A stretch of DNA of 64,000 nucleotides from an uncultured Phycisphaeraceae bacterium (GCA_964546335.1 CAZJJN010000006.1:12120-76119); one strand, 5' to 3'; shown: positions 47,826 to 56,748, counted from the first letter of the stretch. Program-made: numbers and translations. Notes: generated by a model from the letters alone, not told the origin.

Positions 47826-47852
47826 CTTTGTGCCCTTTGTGCCCTTTGTGCT
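47826..47852. repeat. 3 x 9-nt tandem repeat CTTTGTGCC (reverse: GGCACAAAG) just after hisD
   Basis: CTTTGTGCC CTTTGTGCC CTTTGTGCT. The reverse complement differs by one base per unit from the metG repeat core. Confidence 0.8.
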
Positions 47853-47932
47853 TATAAATTCCCTTCTCTCGTGAGAAGGTTCCTGTATGCAAATCTCTAT
47901 GACTTTGCGTCCCGGTGGTTAAAACTTCCCAT

Positions 47933-48601
47933 TCACCGGTAGCGATTGACTGCATGCACCACTTGCTGATGCGTTTCCAGAGGTGAAGGGATCATTTCCC
48001 AGATGGCTTCGATCGTGCCTGTTCCCGCGGTGGCAAAGCCGATGCTACCCAGGCCGAAGATGCGCTCACGAAGTGAGAAGAAAGCTGAGGTGTGTTGAAT
48101 GGTGCGTAGTGGAGACTCGAAGACGCTGACACGGATCACCCCACGGATGCGCACAACCCGGCGGTCAGTCAGGACATACACGCGACTTAGCCACTCGAAG
48201 AACTGCCAGATGATGCGCAGGCCGATCAGTCCGACCCCCAGCAGCACAATTTCGCGCTGCGAGACTTGCAGCAGTTTGAATTCCGCCAGCCAGAACGCTC
48301 CGATGGTGATGACGGCGAAAGTGATCAGCGTCCCCATGCAGGAAAGCAGGACATACCACAGGCTGGGCTTCAAGAGGAGAATGATGGTTTCGTCCGGCTG
48401 GAGCAGTTCCGCAGGCAGGAAAGCTGCGGCCCGTCGCAGTTGATCCGCTGCGGGGTCTGTCTCAGCTTCAGCCAGTGGGAGCCGGGCTGAATCATGCGCA
48501 TGGTTTGAATCATTCATCGTCACGTGCGAAGGCAAACCCTCCTGTTTGCGCTTCGTCCACGCGGTTGGCCTGCGCGCACCTTGCTCAGGTTTGGTCTCCA
48601 T
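47933..48601 (-). CDS. membrane protein with bacterial PH domain (bPH_2/YdbS-like)
   Basis: Two TM helices, then 'VYVLTDRRVVRIRGVIRVSVFESPLRTIQH...GLGSIGFATAG', typical of DUF304/bPH_2. The start is set at 48601 ('METKPEQ'), downstream of the hpt stop. An alternative start is 48517. Confidence 0.7.
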   Translation of the reverse strand: METKPEQGARRPTAWTKRKQEGLPSHVTMNDSNHAHDSARLPLAEAETDPAADQLRRAAAFLPAELLQPDETIILLLKPSLWYVLLSCMGTLITFAVITIGAFWLAEFKLLQVSQREIVLLGVGLIGLRIIWQFFEWLSRVYVLTDRRVVRIRGVIRVSVFESPLRTIQHTSAFFSLRERIFGLGSIGFATAGTGTIEAIWEMIPSPLETHQQVVHAVNRYR

Positions 48602-48623
48602 GCTCCCGGCTGATTGTCTGCAT

Positions 48624-49238
48624 TCAATGGGCACGAGCGACCTCTGGCCGAAGTGTGTGAATATCTGGCAGATTGCGATAGTAATCGTCAAAATCGAGGC
48701 CGTAACCCACAACAAATTCATCGGGAATGTCGAAGCAGACGTAATCCACCGGGAAGGCCATGGCCTCAGGCCTTTGCTTACGCAACAACACGCATGTCTG
48801 CACACTGGCAGGCTGGCGTTCCTTGAGAAGTTCGACAGCCAGCTTAAGGGTGCCGCCGGAGTCGAGAATGTCATCGATCAGCAGCACATGATGGCCTGCG
48901 AGTGATTCGGGCAAATCGGTCAGTTGCTTCTTGACTGAGGCACCGCGCGTGGCGGTCGCGGTACCGGGATAGGAACTGACCCCCATCAGGCGAATCTGAA
49001 GATACAAAGGCAGGTGACGGATCAGGTCAGCGACGAAAATCAGGCTGCCCGTGAGAATCGGCACCAGCGTCACCTGCGGATGACGGTTGTTATGGCTAAG
49101 CTGATCGACAGTCGGCATCGGCGCATCAGGCCCGGTGAACTGGGCGTACAGATCCTGCGTCATCGTCGCTGCGATCTGCGCCACGCGCTCGGCGATGGAT
49201 TCCTTGCTGATCAGGATTCGGTCTAGGTCCTGCTTCAT
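48624..49238 (-). CDS. hpt: hypoxanthine phosphoribosyltransferase
   Basis: PRPP loop 'HVLLIDDILDSGGTL' and 'DEFVVGYGLDFDDYYRNLPDI'. Confidence 0.9.
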   Translation of the reverse strand: MKQDLDRILISKESIAERVAQIAATMTQDLYAQFTGPDAPMPTVDQLSHNNRHPQVTLVPILTGSLIFVADLIRHLPLYLQIRLMGVSSYPGTATATRGASVKKQLTDLPESLAGHHVLLIDDILDSGGTLKLAVELLKERQPASVQTCVLLRKQRPEAMAFPVDYVCFDIPDEFVVGYGLDFDDYYRNLPDIHTLRPEVARAH

Positions 49239-49249
49239 GCTGGTAGTCT

Positions 49250-51880
49250 ATGCGAAACGGCTCACTTGTTGAGCCCAAGTACCAACTTGTCATGGAAGAC
49301 AGACAAACGCCAACTTCATCCCCTTTGATAGACGCCGATCCAGTCCAGGTTGCGTCGACTACGGATTCCGCTTCATCCATCTGGTTGACGCGATATCGCT
49401 GGCTGCTGGCAGGATATTGGCTAGCGCTTGCCACGATCACACACTGGCCGAAGTTACCCGTCCCCAATCAGGAAATTGCGACGCTCCGGGCGGACGTGCT
49501 GCTGCATCTTCTGGCCTTTGGCATCCTCGCCTGGCTGATCTTTCAAAGCAGGTTATGCCCGACCGGCAGCAATCGACCGGTGCGGGGTTTAATCACACTC
49601 GTGATCGCGAGCAGTTATGCGTTGGTCGATGAATGGACTCAGCAGTTCGTGGGGCGGGTGGTCGATGTCGGGGATGTCTTGGCTAACGTGGCAGGGATCG
49701 CGGCCGTGGCTTATGTCATGGGCATGACCGGCTGGCGCGCGGAAGAAAAAGCAAAGCAACCCCTGTCCTGGCGGGCGAAACTCTTTGGCATCGTTTTGAT
49801 CTTCATGGTGCTTGCGACGGTCATCCTGTTATTGGTGTCGCGCCAGACCGTCGATGACCTTGGCTTCTGGTTCCGTACGCGAGGCATCTGGCGGGATAAG
49901 ATCGCTCATTACCTGGCTGCGGGGCTGGTGCTGATCCTCTGGCATTTTTCGCGCTGGCCGATGCGGCACCGCCCGGGCATTCGAGCTGGTTTGATCGCGT
50001 TGGTACTCCTGGCTGCCGGGCCGATGATTGAAGTTGTGCAGAGCCTTGTCGTGCCCATCCGTGGTAACAACGTGGCAGACATGGCTGCGCATACCCTCGG
50101 CGTGGTGGCAGGCATGACCATCGTCCTCTGCCTGGAGTGGGCGTTGTCGGTCAGTCGTCAACACGCCATCCTGCGCTTGCCGGTGACAACGCGGCCAATT
50201 GATGCTGACACTGCTGACCTTCCTGCTGCCGATGAAGTTTCTGATAAGCAGGGCGCGCGTCGATCGCGCGATGTTGAACCTGTCGAACGCAGCGAATCAT
50301 TCATCGGGCACGCCAAGCTGGTCAGTCTGCTGACATTGCTGTCGCGTGTCGCAGGCTTGGCGCGCGATGCCATCCTCGCGGCAGTGTTTGGTCTGAGCAG
50401 CGTCGCCGATGCTTTTTTCATCGCGTTTCTCATCCCCAACCTTTTCCGCCGACTCTTCGGCGAGGGGGCTTTGTCTGCAGCGCTCGTGCCTCATTACGCG
50501 GAACTGATCGAACGCGATCCTCCAGCCGCGAGACAACTCGCCTGGGCGATGACGGCTTTACTTATCGTCGTCACCGGCGGGTTGACGCTGCTCGGCATCG
50601 CTGTCCTGTTCGGCCTGCTATCTCTGGGTGGTTGGTCAGCGGGTACCGCACTCACGCTCAAGTTGAGCATGCTCATGCTCCCTTACATGCCATTGATCTG
50701 CATCGTCGCGATCTGGTCTGGCATGCTCAATGTGCACAAACGATTTACCCTGCCCGCACTCGTACCCGTCATTCTCAACGGCTGCATCATTGCCGTCGCT
50801 GCGACCGCGGGGCTGATCCAACGCTGGCCTGCTGAACAGACCGCCTTTGCTGTGGGCGGAGCGATCGTTATCGCGGGTTTGCTGCAACTCTTGCTGGTAG
50901 GGGGGCAGTTGTTGACCGTTGCGCCAGTGACATGCCAACTTCGTCAGGCAGCCGGGGCAGTGCGCGAGGTCATCGTCATGATGGGGCCGATGACCATCGG
51001 CCTGGCCGTGTTTCAAATCAACGCGTTGATGGACAGCCTGATCGCTTATGTCTTGTCTGACCGAGCTGCGTCGCAGCCTTTGGTGATGTTGAACTTGACG
51101 ATCCCTCAGCCTCTGGAGCCCGGGGCCGTGGCCGCGCTGCAATGGGCACAAAGGCTTTACCAGTTTCCCTTGGGTGTGTTTGGCATCGCCATTGCGACAG
51201 CCATCTTCCCGGCATTGGCGCGTTCTGCCAGCCGATTGGAATCAGGCGACACCACCTTCCGCAACACCTTGCAGCAGGGATTGCGTTTGGCTTTTTACAT
51301 CGGTCTGCCTGCGACGGTAGGCTTGATGCTGGTGCGCGAGCCAGCCGTGCGATTACTTTTCGAACGCGGCAAGTTTGAAACAGGCGACAGCATTCGCGTG
51401 GCCGGCATCTTGCTGGGATATGCATCTGCCATCTGGGCTTACACCATGATGCATGTATTGACGCGCGCGCACTATGCTGTGAAAGATGCAGCCACGCCTT
51501 GGCGGTTGTCACTGGCAGCAGTGGGAATCAACCTGATTCTGAACCTGACGTTGATCTGGCCACTAGGCGCTGCGGGCTTGGCGTGGTCGACTGCAGCGAC
51601 GGCAGCACTGCAGGTGGCACTGCTTTGGCGCAGCATGGCTGGTCGCGTCGGCCCGTTGATGACCATGCCCGTGCGTATCTCTTTATTGCGCACAGGCATC
51701 GCAGCCGGGGCCATGTTGATCGTCCTCTTACCCATCGGGATATGGGTAAATTTCCTGGCGATGGACACTACGCGGCTGCTGGTCGGGCTGATTTTGATGA
51801 TGGTGTTGGCCGGGGTAGTGTTTTTCGTGGTTAGCCGCGCGCTGAAGGCCGAGGAATTGGGAATGCTCTTGCGCAAGTAG
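49250..51880 (+). CDS. murJ: fusion protein: two VanZ-like domains + lipid II flippase MurJ
   Basis: aa 45-157 ('ADVLLHLLAFGILAWL...VDEWTQQFVGRVVDVGDVLANVAG') and aa 175-300 ('RDKIAHYLAAGL...IEVVQSLVVPIRGNNVADMAAHTLG') have VanZ patterns. From about aa 350, 'LVSLLTLLSRVAGLARDAILAAVFG..SVADAFFIAFLIPNLFRRLFGEGALSAALVP' is the MurJ N-terminus, followed by about 14 TM helices. Confidence 0.85.
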   Translation: MRNGSLVEPKYQLVMEDRQTPTSSPLIDADPVQVASTTDSASSIWLTRYRWLLAGYWLALATITHWPKLPVPNQEIATLRADVLLHLLAFGILAWLIFQSRLCPTGSNRPVRGLITLVIASSYALVDEWTQQFVGRVVDVGDVLANVAGIAAVAYVMGMTGWRAEEKAKQPLSWRAKLFGIVLIFMVLATVILLLVSRQTVDDLGFWFRTRGIWRDKIAHYLAAGLVLILWHFSRWPMRHRPGIRAGLIALVLLAAGPMIEVVQSLVVPIRGNNVADMAAHTLGVVAGMTIVLCLEWALSVSRQHAILRLPVTTRPIDADTADLPAADEVSDKQGARRSRDVEPVERSESFIGHAKLVSLLTLLSRVAGLARDAILAAVFGLSSVADAFFIAFLIPNLFRRLFGEGALSAALVPHYAELIERDPPAARQLAWAMTALLIVVTGGLTLLGIAVLFGLLSLGGWSAGTALTLKLSMLMLPYMPLICIVAIWSGMLNVHKRFTLPALVPVILNGCIIAVAATAGLIQRWPAEQTAFAVGGAIVIAGLLQLLLVGGQLLTVAPVTCQLRQAAGAVREVIVMMGPMTIGLAVFQINALMDSLIAYVLSDRAASQPLVMLNLTIPQPLEPGAVAALQWAQRLYQFPLGVFGIAIATAIFPALARSASRLESGDTTFRNTLQQGLRLAFYIGLPATVGLMLVREPAVRLLFERGKFETGDSIRVAGILLGYASAIWAYTMMHVLTRAHYAVKDAATPWRLSLAAVGINLILNLTLIWPLGAAGLAWSTAATAALQVALLWRSMAGRVGPLMTMPVRISLLRTGIAAGAMLIVLLPIGIWVNFLAMDTTRLLVGLILMMVLAGVVFFVVSRALKAEELGMLLRK

Positions 51881-52020
51881 GAGCTGGTGAAAACAAGCGA
51901 CTTACTTCACCTTGCAGTAAAGAAGGCATAATGACTTGGTATTGACTGAGTCTGGACAAGTGAACTGACTTTGCCTTTCTCAAACAACGCAAGCCTCACA
52001 TCATCCTGTCGGCGTATAGC

Positions 52021-52389
52021 CTAATGCGGCACTTCCTTCACCGCGTTGCGATTCCAGCCGGGGACGCGAGCTTCGATGATGCCCGGCTTTTCGATCACAC
52101 ATTGGCAGGCGAGTCTACTGTTGATCTGTAAGGCCGGGGCTTCTTCCACCCGGTCGAGTTCATCATCTTCCGCTTCACTTAAAAACTCATCACCCGATTC
52201 AATATAAACATGGCAGGTGGAGCAGGCACAGACCCCGCCACACGCATGCTCGATGTTGATGTCATGCGCCAATGCCACCTCCAGCAGGTTCTGCCCGATC
52301 TCGGCTGGCAGTTCCCATCGCTGCTGATGGGTGTCGGTCAAGGCGTGGGGGTCATCCAGATGGAAAATCACTTTGGTGTCGTTGGCCAT
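52021..52389 (-). CDS. fdx: 2Fe-2S ferredoxin (adrenodoxin/ISC Fdx type)
   Basis: 'CGGVCACSTCHVYI' plus a distal 'RLACQ' Cys gives the four cluster ligands. Confidence 0.9.
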   Translation of the reverse strand: MANDTKVIFHLDDPHALTDTHQQRWELPAEIGQNLLEVALAHDINIEHACGGVCACSTCHVYIESGDEFLSEAEDDELDRVEEAPALQINSRLACQCVIEKPGIIEARVPGWNRNAVKEVPH

Positions 52390-52401
52390 AACAGATTGCC
52401 T

Positions 52402-53409
52402 TTAACTTTTGCTGTTTGTCTGTGACTCGCTCGTGGCTGTCGGGTCGGGTCGGTAAATGCGGGTATCCAGCGCCCAGACTTTTTCGCTGAAGCTGCCTGA
52501 GTTTTCCGCGCCCGTATTCTCGCGCACAGCCAAGGCCATCTGCAGCTTGGCATCCAGATTATCAATCATGCCGATGGCGATGGCTTCAGGTGTGGCCGGA
52601 ATCTTGGCCGCCCCGAACTCAGGCTGGGTGTGATGTGAAATCACAATGTGTTGCAGCACGGTCAGCAACTCATCACTGAACTCCTTGCCTGATTCGCGAA
52701 GCTGATCCACCTTCTTCTGCAGCCAGAGCGCACCTTCCACGATATGGCCGACGAGTAAACCTCGGTCGGTATAGCCAAAGCCATCGCTCCAGGTCAGTTC
52801 GCTGCACTTGGCCAGGTCATGGAGAAACAGCCCGGTGACGACAAGATCGCGATTCACCTCCGGATAAATCGGGCAGATGGCATCAGCCAACCGGAGCAGT
52901 TGCAGCGTGTGTTCAAGCAGTCCACCGAGGAACGCGTGGTGCAAAGTCATCGCAGCCGGGGCCTGCTGAAACTTGTCCATCAACTCCTCATCGGTGACGT
53001 ACGCCTCGATCAGATATCGCAGCGACATATGCTTGACCGTGTTGAGCTTTTCAATCAACTCGGCATACATTTCTTCCACGTCATACTTGGTTGAAGGCAG
53101 CAAGTCGGCCAGTTGATCAGCGGTCGGCTCCGTGGCGCTGATGCGCTGGATGATGACCTGAATCTCGCCTTGGTAAGGTTGCGTCTGCCCTTCGATGCGC
53201 ACAAAGCCGTTCTGTGGCAGCTCATTGAAAAGTTGCTCGGAGATGTTCCACATGCGGCCGGGCGTGCGGCCGGACTTATCCGCGAGCAGACATTTCAGGA
53301 AAGGCTTGCCAGCCTTGGTCTGCCCAAGTTGTGCGTTCTGGATGGCGTAAAGACCTTCAATGAACTGGTTCGCTTCAAGGTCGGCAATGTTGGTTCGGCT
53401 TGGAGGCAA
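52402..53409 (-). CDS. OB-fold + HD-domain phosphohydrolase (YhaM-like 3'-5' exoribonuclease family)
   Basis: N-terminal OB ('FLKCLLADKSGRTPGRMWN') and an HD domain ('HHAFLGGLLEHTL...LFLHDLAK...GHI'). TTG start. Confidence 0.75.
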   Translation of the reverse strand: MPPSRTNIADLEANQFIEGLYAIQNAQLGQTKAGKPFLKCLLADKSGRTPGRMWNISEQLFNELPQNGFVRIEGQTQPYQGEIQVIIQRISATEPTADQLADLLPSTKYDVEEMYAELIEKLNTVKHMSLRYLIEAYVTDEELMDKFQQAPAAMTLHHAFLGGLLEHTLQLLRLADAICPIYPEVNRDLVVTGLFLHDLAKCSELTWSDGFGYTDRGLLVGHIVEGALWLQKKVDQLRESGKEFSDELLTVLQHIVISHHTQPEFGAAKIPATPEAIAIGMIDNLDAKLQMALAVRENTGAENSGSFSEKVWALDTRIYRPDPTATSESQTNSKS

Positions 53410-53653
53410 GGTAGGTCCCTTCTGCTAGGTCAGGGGGTGTTGGCTATTGTCGGGCGCGCGGTCTTTCCTCGGCCCGGTACTGTTGCAAACAGGCAAGGAT
53501 AATGGTTTGGGAGCGTATGGGGTAGTTGGTGGTACACATGATTCATTGCCAGTTGGCTAGACAGCCAAGAATCCTCAAAAAGTACGTAGAGACTGATTCT
53601 CAAACGATTCGATTGTCGATGTGGATGATAGAATGGGGGAAAGGAGCTTTACC

Positions 53654-54025
53654 ATGACAACTTTGACTACCTTGCCGAACAAAGCAACTGCGACTCTGTC
53701 ATCGCTCCCCAGACTTCCGGAGGATCAACGCATGTATGCCATTGCCTTTGATATGGATATTGAATCACTTCGTAATAACTATGGCGACCCGTATAACAAT
53801 GCTTACATGGAAATTCGAAGAATTTTGAAGAGCCATGGCTTTGATTGGCAACAAGGAAGTACCTACTTTGGGGGTGAGAAGATTAATGCGGTGACTTGTG
53901 TCCTTGCTGCTATTGATCTGGCAAAACAACTGCCCTGGTTCTCTGCCTCCGTACGCGACATCCGTATGCTTCGAATAGAGGAACTCAACGATTTGATGCC
54001 TGCGGTGCAGGATGCGAGTAAATAA
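53654..54025 (+). CDS. vapD: VapD-family (Cas2-like) endoribonuclease, solitary
   Basis: 'MYAIAFDMDIESL...QGSTYFG...LPWFSASVRDIRMLRIEELNDL' matches the VapD pattern (MYAIAFD...QGS.Y...VRDIR.FRIE). A strong RBS AAGGAG (53641-53646) precedes the ATG at 53654, giving a 26-aa N-terminal extension. The core Met is at 53732. Confidence 0.8.
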   Translation: MTTLTTLPNKATATLSSLPRLPEDQRMYAIAFDMDIESLRNNYGDPYNNAYMEIRRILKSHGFDWQQGSTYFGGEKINAVTCVLAAIDLAKQLPWFSASVRDIRMLRIEELNDLMPAVQDASK

Positions 54026-54029
54026 TCTC

Positions 54030-54572
54030 TCACCCCTGCTTCTCATACCACGCAATCACCTGTTCCCATTGCCCGCGCTGCTTGAGCAGCCACTCGATCG
54101 CTTCGCGCACCGCTCCTCGCCCACCCTTGGCCTGTGTGACGTAATCGACGACTTCGCGCACCTCGCTCGCCGCGTCTGCCGGAGCCGCGGCTACCCCGGC
54201 CCGGTTCATCGCGGGTAGATCAATCAGATCATCCCCCATGAAAAACGCCTCACTCACGTCAATACCCGCCTGCTCGCACATCTGGCTGATGCCTTCTCCC
54301 TTGTTGCTGCAGCGCTGGATGACACGGTCGATCGCCAAATCCTCCGCGCGGTGCGTCACCGCCCGAGTACATCGGCCCGTAATGATGCCCACCTCGTAAC
54401 CGAGTTTCTGAGCAGCCTTGATGGCAAAGCCATCGCGCACGTGGAAGCGTTTGGCTTCCTCGCCTGAGTCGGTGACGATGATGCTGCCATCGGTCAGTAC
54501 GCCATCCACATCGAAGATCAACAGCTTGAGTCGGGCGATGCGTTGCGTGATATTGCCAGACTCAGCCATCAT
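54030..54572 (-). CDS. kdsC: 3-deoxy-D-manno-octulosonate 8-phosphate phosphatase (HAD)
   Basis: 'LLIFDVDGVLTDGSI' and 'FMGDDLIDLPAM'. 180 aa. Overlaps the kdsD stop by 4 nt. Confidence 0.85.
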   Translation of the reverse strand: MMAESGNITQRIARLKLLIFDVDGVLTDGSIIVTDSGEEAKRFHVRDGFAIKAAQKLGYEVGIITGRCTRAVTHRAEDLAIDRVIQRCSNKGEGISQMCEQAGIDVSEAFFMGDDLIDLPAMNRAGVAAAPADAASEVREVVDYVTQAKGGRGAVREAIEWLLKQRGQWEQVIAWYEKQG

Positions 54573-55624
54573 GCTTCTCCGCGCTCAGGGGCGAGGATTT
54601 TCTGAGCCAGCAGATCCTGCACGTCAATCAAGCCGACCGGCCTGCCTGCTTCATCCACGACTGGCACCTCGTCGATGCGATGCTCACGCACCAGTTGCAC
54701 AACGTCGCGCACCAGAGCATCGGCTCGTACATGCCGGGGGTTAGCGATCATGACTTGCTTCAGCCTGGTCTCTCGCGGGTCCTGGCCGGCAAGAATCAGT
54801 CGCACTAAGTCGCCATCGGTGAAGATGCCTGCGAGTCGCCCTTGCTCATCCACGATAAGCAGTGCCCCAGCCCGGCGTAAGCCCGGCAAGGCCGTGGCAG
54901 CTTGCTCAATCGCTTCACGGACGGATTGCTCAGGACTGGCCAGGGTCAGGTTTTCGCCGACCTTGAAGCGCAACGCTTCGGTCACGGGCATGAGTTGCCT
55001 GCCCAGCGAGCCGCCGGGATGCACGCGGTGGAAATCATCCACGCTGAAATGCCTTTGGTTGGAAACGCATAGCGCCAGCGCATCACCCAACGCGAGCATG
55101 GCTGTGCTGCTGGCCGTCGGGGCGAGGTTCAGTGGGCAGGCTTCGGTCACATCGCCCACGGGCAGGACAAGATCGCACAACCGGGCGAGATGGCAGTCGG
55201 GTGGGCCGACCAACGCGATGGTGGGCACCTGATCCTGCTTGAGCAGGCTGGCCAGCGTGAGGATTTCTTCCGTACCACCTCCAAAGGAAAGCAGCAGGAC
55301 GACATCATCCCGTCGGACACGACCCAGGTCGCCATGCACTGCTTCCGTGGGATGCAGGAAATGGCTGGGAGTGCCTGTGGAGGCGAAGGTGGCACTGAGT
55401 TTGCGGCCGATCAACCCACTCTTACCCAGGCCTGACACGACGAGGTTGCCATGCTTCGCGTCAGCGGTGCGCTGGGCGATCAGATCGACCCCGGCAGCAA
55501 AGTCATCGGTCAAGGCGATCCGGCGGATGGCGTCTGCCTCAGCTTCGAGCACGCGCAAAGCCAGCGACTGCACATCCGGGCGATCCGTGTTTTGCGATTG
55601 AAGAGGCTTGGCCAAGGTGTTCAT
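54569..55624 (-). CDS. kdsD: arabinose-5-phosphate isomerase (SIS + tandem CBS)
   Basis: SIS 'VVSGLGKSGLIGRKLSATFASTGTPSHFLHP' and a C-terminal CBS pair ('EVPVVDEAGRPVGLIDVQDL'). Confidence 0.9.
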   Translation of the reverse strand: MNTLAKPLQSQNTDRPDVQSLALRVLEAEADAIRRIALTDDFAAGVDLIAQRTADAKHGNLVVSGLGKSGLIGRKLSATFASTGTPSHFLHPTEAVHGDLGRVRRDDVVLLLSFGGGTEEILTLASLLKQDQVPTIALVGPPDCHLARLCDLVLPVGDVTEACPLNLAPTASSTAMLALGDALALCVSNQRHFSVDDFHRVHPGGSLGRQLMPVTEALRFKVGENLTLASPEQSVREAIEQAATALPGLRRAGALLIVDEQGRLAGIFTDGDLVRLILAGQDPRETRLKQVMIANPRHVRADALVRDVVQLVREHRIDEVPVVDEAGRPVGLIDVQDLLAQKILAPERGEA

Positions 55625-55704
55625 CTTTCAGTGCGGGCAGGTTTCCGATACGCTCTGTATTATCAAGTGTGACTTGGATGGGAGCAAACCCGCCGCGAAG
55701 AATC

Positions 55705-56712
55705 ATGGCTGAATACCGCGTAGAACTCGACAGTTATGCAGGCCCGTTGGACCTGTTGTTATTCCTCGTCAAACGCCACGAGATTGATCTGTATGACATC
55801 CCCATTGCGGAGCTGACCAATCAGTATCTGGCCTATGTGGAAAGGATGCAGCAGATTGATGTCGAACGGGCCGGCGAATTCCTGGTGATGGCCGCCACGC
55901 TCCTGGAAATCAAGAGCCGCATGCTCGTGCCGCGTCACGAGGAAAAGTTTGGCAGCGAAGAAGGGGAGGGGGATGATGCAGAACGCCCCGACAGTGCGGA
56001 AGATGCGATAGCGTCGTTCGACCCCCGGCATGAACTTGTCCAGCAGTTGCTGGCTTACAAGAGATTCAAAGATGCAGCGAGGATGCTGGAGCAGAGACGT
56101 GAAGTCTGGGAGAAGCGACTGCCTCTGGTGCCTGCCCGGGTGAAACGCAGGGCTGCGGATGAGGGGGACGATGCGGAGCCGATTGAGATTGATCTGGAAG
56201 ACATCGGCCTGAACGATCTGGTCAAGGCCTACACGTCCATTCTGGAGTCCATCGGTCAGCGGAATATTCAGCATGAAATATTGGATGATGACACGCCGAT
56301 CGCTTTGCACCAGGCAGACCTGACTGATCGCTTGACCACGGAAGGGCCTTTGACACTGACAACGGTGTTTGAGGGACGAAAGAAAATTGAGCGGATTGGT
56401 TTGTTCATTGCCACGCTGGAGTTGGTCAGGCAAAGGCAGGTCGCGGTGTATCAGGATGAGCAGGGGGATATCTGTCTGGAGCTGATGCCTGAGGATGAAC
56501 GGGAAGGGTCGGATATGGAGGGCGCGACGGATTGGCGCGATCCTGAAACGGGCGAGATGCAATACGACTGGCCGAATGAGAAGGCGCGGTTGCAAGCCGA
56601 ACGCCGGGCTGAGCGCCGGGCCAAGCGTGCTGCCAACTTTGGCAAGGGGGACGAAGAAGCAGAGGACAATGAGGATGATGAAGAGATTGATGTAGGGGAT
56701 GAGCAAGCGTGA
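55705..56712 (+). CDS. scpA: segregation and condensation protein A with long charged C-terminal tail
   Basis: 'YRVELDSYAGPLDLLLFLVKRHEIDLYDIPIAELTNQYL' and 'EFLVMAATLLEIKSRMLVP' are ScpA kleisin blocks. The ATG at 55705 is preferred. Confidence 0.85.
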   Translation: MAEYRVELDSYAGPLDLLLFLVKRHEIDLYDIPIAELTNQYLAYVERMQQIDVERAGEFLVMAATLLEIKSRMLVPRHEEKFGSEEGEGDDAERPDSAEDAIASFDPRHELVQQLLAYKRFKDAARMLEQRREVWEKRLPLVPARVKRRAADEGDDAEPIEIDLEDIGLNDLVKAYTSILESIGQRNIQHEILDDDTPIALHQADLTDRLTTEGPLTLTTVFEGRKKIERIGLFIATLELVRQRQVAVYQDEQGDICLELMPEDEREGSDMEGATDWRDPETGEMQYDWPNEKARLQAERRAERRAKRAANFGKGDEEAEDNEDDEEIDVGDEQA

Positions 56713-56748
56713 CAGAATGTTGAGTTGTTTGTCTGAGCATGTTTGATG

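Noticed and set aside
48602-48874. N-terminal 91 codons of the 313-aa ORF 47933-48874
   Set aside because: They overlap the 3' end of hpt in another frame. The PH-domain protein begins plausibly at 48601 or 48517.
53410-54030. vapD as part of a CRISPR-Cas locus
   Set aside because: No repeat-spacer array and no other cas gene are visible anywhere in the 64 kb, so it is treated as a solitary VapD.
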